Shown here: positions 59,411-64,000 of the stretch, in pieces
How positions within the stretch are numbered: the first letter of the stretch is position 1
Layout: the number at the start of each line of letters is the position of its first letter
Source: Schmidtea polychroa
Lineage: Eukaryota
NCBI GenBank assembly: GCA_044892525.1
Contig: CM097887.1
Span: forward strand, 134,022,397 to 134,086,396
Direction of reading: 5' to 3'
Length of the DNA stretch: 64,000 bases
The notes under the pieces: model-generated
Told to the model about the DNA's origin: nothing
The model's database searches: none
Seen by the model: only the letters and a program-made list of their open reading frames with translations
Made by a program: the position numbers and the translations under genes

Positions 59411-62400
59411 TAATAATTTCAAGCTGTAGGACATTTCCGTCAAAATTGATTTTATAAAATTCTTTTTTCTTTCTCCAATACAGCTAGAAAACATTTATTT
59501 TATTGATTTTCTCACAGATATTAAAAGGTTTTTTTATTATTTTTTAATTCACACCTGAAATTAAAAAATTTACACAAGTTATACAAAAATTATTATACAA
59601 AAATTATACAAAAATTAGTCATATTATTTATATTGAAAGTTAACAAAACATTTTTACAATGCAGAATTAATAATGAAAATTTCGAAAATGTAAAAATTAA
59701 ATGTAATAATTTTCAGACTAATCAATATTTTAACCTCTAGAGATTTATTAATCCATCATTTCCATTCAACCTAATGTAATAAATAGAAAAAATTCTAATT
59801 TATATTTTATATTTTTAACATTTTGTCAGTTGGTAATATATATTTGACATTAGACACAAGATTCTTTGTTTAAATTTTGAATTTTTTTCAAATTTTATTT
59901 AGATGACTGAATGCATTTAAATTTAAACAAAGCATTTATTATTTTAAAATATAGTTCTGAGAAGTCATAAAATTATATTTTCAAACTTATCTTGTATATC
60001 AATTATGGAAGATAGTTATTGTTAAACACGTTGATGAAGATGGTTATATATATATATTGTATATGTTACAGTGAATTTGTATTACCAGTGAGAGTATATT
60101 TTCACTGGTGAAAATATATTTTCGCTAAGTCGGTCACTGAATGTATATCTAGCAATGAAGATACAAATTCACTGGTTACATTTAGTGAGTTTGTATTCAT
60201 TGACAAGCGAGAATTCGCCGCGTGGCAATATTTGGCGCCAAGTGTCGATGTGTCGCCCTACCAACTGTCAATTTTATTCGCTTCGTCGCGGTTGACCGAT
60301 AGGTCCTAATTTTGAGAACACAGAAAGAGCATTTCCATCAAATATAAGAATTATTTTGATAACTAGACCGTAAAATAACTCAAATTGAATCCATTTCCAT
60401 ATCTTAATCTACTTAGATGCGTATTTTAAATGAAAACAAAAAGCACGCAACTGTCAAACTGACATTCAATTATAGGTTAGGGTAGAATACACATTCACTA
60501 AAACTTGCTAGTGAAGTTATATTTTCACCAGTAGAAATATATTTCCACTGGTGAAAACGTATTCGGATATGAATTCACTGAAATATATTCTCACTGGTAA
60601 TACAAATTCACTGTAACATATACATTCTCTATTAAAATATATAAATGTCATTCTAGTATGCCATGTTGTATTGCTGCATACTTTAGCTAGATATAATATG
60701 TATTTTATTATTATTTTATTATTGTCTAAAAATTCACATTAATGTATGCATTTACTAGTGATTGTATAATTTAACTGAATTTATAACTTTAACATATATA
60801 TTATCTAGTTACTGTATAAATTGTTTAAGTTTATGCTTAAACTGTAACATATATATTCAAAGGTGTTAAATTTTATTTTCGATCATGGCAAATTTTGTTA
60901 AGTAAGTATTCCTTTTATATGTCTTTTTTAACATTAATCCGAAATACATCGCACATCTGACAGTTCATATCTCTAAATCAGTGGTTCTCAGGCAGTCTTT
61001 CTCCAAGGCTCACATTTACAATTCAAACATTTTGTGGCCCACATGTTAAACAAACACATTTGATGATCGTCCTCCACATTCTTTCGTGATCGATATTTTG
61101 TTTTCATGGCAGTCAATGCAGAAAATGATACCTCACATAAATAAATTGTTGAAAAAATCAACAGGTGATTATGATTTTTCATACGACATGTTTACAAGTT
61201 TACAGATTTTTTCTGTGACCAAACTAATTTGCAAACGATGTAATTTCCAGTGTACCGGGGAAAGTATTCAATAGAGTTGAATCAGAAATATTGTATACTT
61301 ACTTGGCGCGAAGAGAAATCTCCGCGTCTCCTGCATAATACTGACGAGAGGCAAAAGCTCGAAACTAGTCTACTATTGGGATTTGCACTGGGTATCACNN
61401 NNNNNNNNNNNNNNNNNNNNNNNNNNNNNNNNNNNNNNNNNNNNNNNNNNNNNNNNNNNNNNNNNNNNNNNNNNNNNNNNNNNNNNNNNNNNNNNNNNNN
61501 NNNNNNNNNNNNNNNNNNNNNNNNNNNNNNNNNTATAAATAAGATAAATAAAGATTTTATTACTTAAATTGTTTTATAAACTTTTATTTTAGTATAATAA
61601 AGATCTAATTAAATCGAGTTATTCGATATTCTGCAAATATTTCACTTTTAACTGTCAAGACTCATAAACTCAAGATAATGAAAAATATCAAATGACATTT
61701 GGTCAATTCAAGTAGAAATTTAACAAATAAAAAATATAAAATGTTATATATTTCATATTCAAAATTTTAAACAATATTTCAAAAATTGGCTTAACTTATA
61801 TATTTATGATATAAAAATAGAATTCTTGAATTTTTTCATATTTTCTTTAATTTTTAAAATGGTTTTAAAATTTATATAACATAAATATTACGTAATACTT
61901 TTAATAGAGATTGCAGGGTTATTAAATAATTTCGGCAGGATAATAATTATTTTTAACTTCCCTTGTCTTTTATTAAATCAATAAAACACAACACATAGAA
62001 ATTTATTGCTATACAGAAACAACAAGTATTCAATTTCCAAATGACAATAGTCACAATATTATTCCACCAATATATTCTTTTATTTATACTAAGTACATTT
62101 AACCCTTACAGGGATCTCCTCAAACATTCTTCCGCTAGTCAAGTTTTTAACAAGAAGCGATAGAAAAAAATATTTTAGGATGTAGGGGACCTATCGCTAC
62201 AGAGTAGTGGATTATATCATATCTAGCACATTTTTAACGCTCGTATTTACTACCTATTAAACAGCAATACATATTGAATTAAAAACTTAGCTGAATTTTT
62301 AAAGGTGGATTGTTTAATAAATTCTATTAATAAATTCTATTGTTTCTAAATAGTTTTTGAAACCTTTAGATAAAACTTTAAAAATTGGAAATGCCTATTT

Positions 62401-63210
62401 TTAACTTGCAAATCTTATTATGGTCATTAATATTACTCTTTCCACTCAATCGGGTATTCTATCAGAACTCGTATACAGAGATGATGGGCAGTATCTTCAA
62501 TGTGGCATTATACTTATTACAAGTAAGATGATCAAATCAACATTCAAAATGCATTAACCAAGTATATTTTGAGAGTGTTTAATCAATTTTATTATAATTA
62601 TTAAATTTTGTTGGATTCCGCACATATAATTATGTAATTACTAGTAAACCTATAGTTACAGTTATAATTACAGTCAAGTTCAAGCAAAATATTGCAAAAA
62701 TATATTTTAAAAAATGGTGCTCTCTTATTTATATGAATAAATTACCATTTTTATTTAATATTTTATTTAAACAGAATAGTTAAGTAATCCGGCTTGAATA
62801 GGTTTTAGTTTTTTTAATAATCATATAAATGTGAACTTCTTGTTTTTATTAGGTAAACGCGTCAATTTATTCATTTTTGTCAATTTTTGTGTTTATTCAG
62901 ATAAAATATTTTATATTACGATAGAAGTTCAATATTTACAGTTTTATGAATAATTTAAAATTAATAACTTCAAAACCTTTGCGAATGGTCATTAAAATAT
63001 GAATGATTTTTATAGAAAAGAATATAAAGAATATATAAAAAAGAATATATAAAAGATGTTGTGCATTGAATTTAATTAATTTAATGAAAGATTATACAAA
63101 ATATTTTTAATGTTTGAAAGTTTTCAACAAATAGTGAATGAATTTATTATTGCTTATTTATTTAGTCACAAGCAGAGGAAACATTGAAGATTTCTGGATG
63201 GTTCACTGTG
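56123..63210 (+). CDS. Cys-loop ligand-gated ion channel subunit (nAChR-like), exons 56123-56268 and 63166-63210; gene continues beyond the window
   Basis: The first exon (xDKNYEEEVIKMLMKSSNELTVRPNAC...NPVIVNITYNVIQILAF) has a phase-1 start and phase-0 end. A 45-nt exon follows (SQAEETLKISGWFTV). This reproduces the nAChR exon 2/exon 3 pattern (...QIxxV|DExxQxLxxxxWLxx). Confidence 0.8.
56893..57477. mobile_element. Left part of another TGTTAC-terminus element with tandem AAATGTACACATTT motifs
   Basis: (TA)n|TGTTACGGTAAAAG, with repeated subterminal motifs. It runs into an N-gap. Confidence 0.5.
58151..58249. repeat. Short palindrome of the GACTATAAATCAG family
   Basis: TTATTTATTAAAA..GAAGACTATAAATCAGTAATATATC / GATATATTACTGATTTATAGTATTC..TTTTAATAAATAA. 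Confidence 0.8.
58901..58947 (-). ncRNA. Minimal type I hammerhead ribozyme motif
   Basis: Minus strand: TTGCCGA-CTGAAGA-A-GACT(gataaat)GGTC-GAAA-TATA-TT-TCGCGAT. It shares the GAAATATATT end and a downstream TTGGTGTTTTTC with the 6797 motif. Confidence 0.65.
59350..59415. repeat. (AAT)n microsatellite
   Basis: Direct reading of the sequence. Confidence 0.9.
60064..60618. mobile_element. 555-bp TGT...ACA element with TATA TSD, nested in a copy of the 51293 MITE
   Basis: TATA|TGTTACAGTGAATTTGTATTACCAGTGAGAG...CTCACTGGTAATACAAATTCACTGTAACA|TATA. 60619-60849 is an inverted copy of the 51293-51553 family. Confidence 0.85.
60979..61245 (-). mobile_element. hAT Buster/Charlie remnant (TIR plus C-terminal coding fragment)
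   Basis: CAGTGGTTCTCA preceded by CTCTAAAT. FSTIYLCEVSFSALTAMKTKYRSRKNVEDD is on the minus strand. Confidence 0.75.
61335..61376 (+). ncRNA. Minimal type I hammerhead ribozyme motif
   Basis: ATAATA-CTGACGA-GAG(gcaaaag)CTC-GAAA-CTAG-TC-TACTAT. Canonical core, palindromic CTAG loop 3, UC cleavage site, stem I with one mismatch. Confidence 0.75.
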
Positions 63211-64000
63211 GTTAGCTAAATATTTTTTAAACGATTATATTTAAATTTTAAATTATTCTTTATTGTGTTAGTAGTAGAATATTTTTAGTAGTTAGAAGCT
63301 TAAAAGAAAAATAGTTTAGAATTTCCCGAGTCTTTTTAAATAAATTTCTCTGGATAGTCCGAGCAAATGGATGCTGTTATTGAATTTGTTATATTAAAAT
63401 TAATTAAAATTAGATAATATATTTTAAAATATATATTGTAAATTAAACTTTTATTTAAATATAAAATTGTAATTGCAAAAATTTGACAGACATCAATCTG
63501 TTTTTTAATTAATTTTTTAAATTTAACTTTTAGATGGATATGTTTTTAATTTAAAATTTATTAATCAATTACTAATCATTAAAATTGATTATAAATAACC
63601 CTACAATAACCCAGTACTCTGTTTTTTATTTTTAAAAATTTATTTTCCTTTTATCTAACAATGTTTAATTAAATTACTTACATTCTCAAACTTGTTACTG
63701 ATGTTGATACACTTCTATTATGGAAACATACAAATTTACCTGTGTGTTTAATTTTAATGTTTCATGAATAATATTTACTATAGAAATTAAAAAAATTTGA
63801 AAACTTTAACACACAAACACAACATATAATAAAATATGCATGTAAAAATTGTCATGTAAAAATATTGTATGGAATAATAACATTTTAAATTTTAATTTTT
63901 GAAGAAACAATGACAAATAAACACTATAAATTAAATGGCGAAACTCTACTGAATTCAATCTTACTACTCAAGTATTTTCGAGAAAATAAAGAAAAACCGT

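Noticed and set aside
1-64000. CRISPR arrays, rRNA or tRNA genes, Helitron termini, spliced-leader sequence
   Set aside because: None was seen by inspection. A tRNAscan-SE/Infernal/HelitronScanner run would be needed to exclude weak cases.

Overview
AT-rich, intron-containing animal genomic DNA with nine N-gaps. A triclad-flatworm-like genome is my inference from composition, 44-48 nt introns and the TE spectrum. Two host genes are supported. The first is ARMC2 on +, with 13 reconstructed coding exons at 1404-26170 that join in frame to 934 aa plus stop; its start exon was not found. The second is the 5' part of a Cys-loop ligand-gated ion channel subunit on + (exons 56123-56268 and 63166-63210), which continues past the window. 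The rest is dense with TE material: hAT elements and MITEs with 8-bp TSDs, a hATm element, a full-length decayed mariner, Penelope-like, Gypsy and TGT...ACA elements, and long palindromes. The two most unusual signals are: (1) degraded or chimeric fragments of unrelated housekeeping genes (RNF115/126-like, a RACK1-PRPF19 fusion, WDR27-like), each 120-140 bp downstream of the same inverted pair of a GC-rich 14-mer (CGCACACAGACGCG); and (2) three minimal type I hammerhead ribozyme motifs. Gene names come from recalled protein motifs and my own translation; no database search was run.
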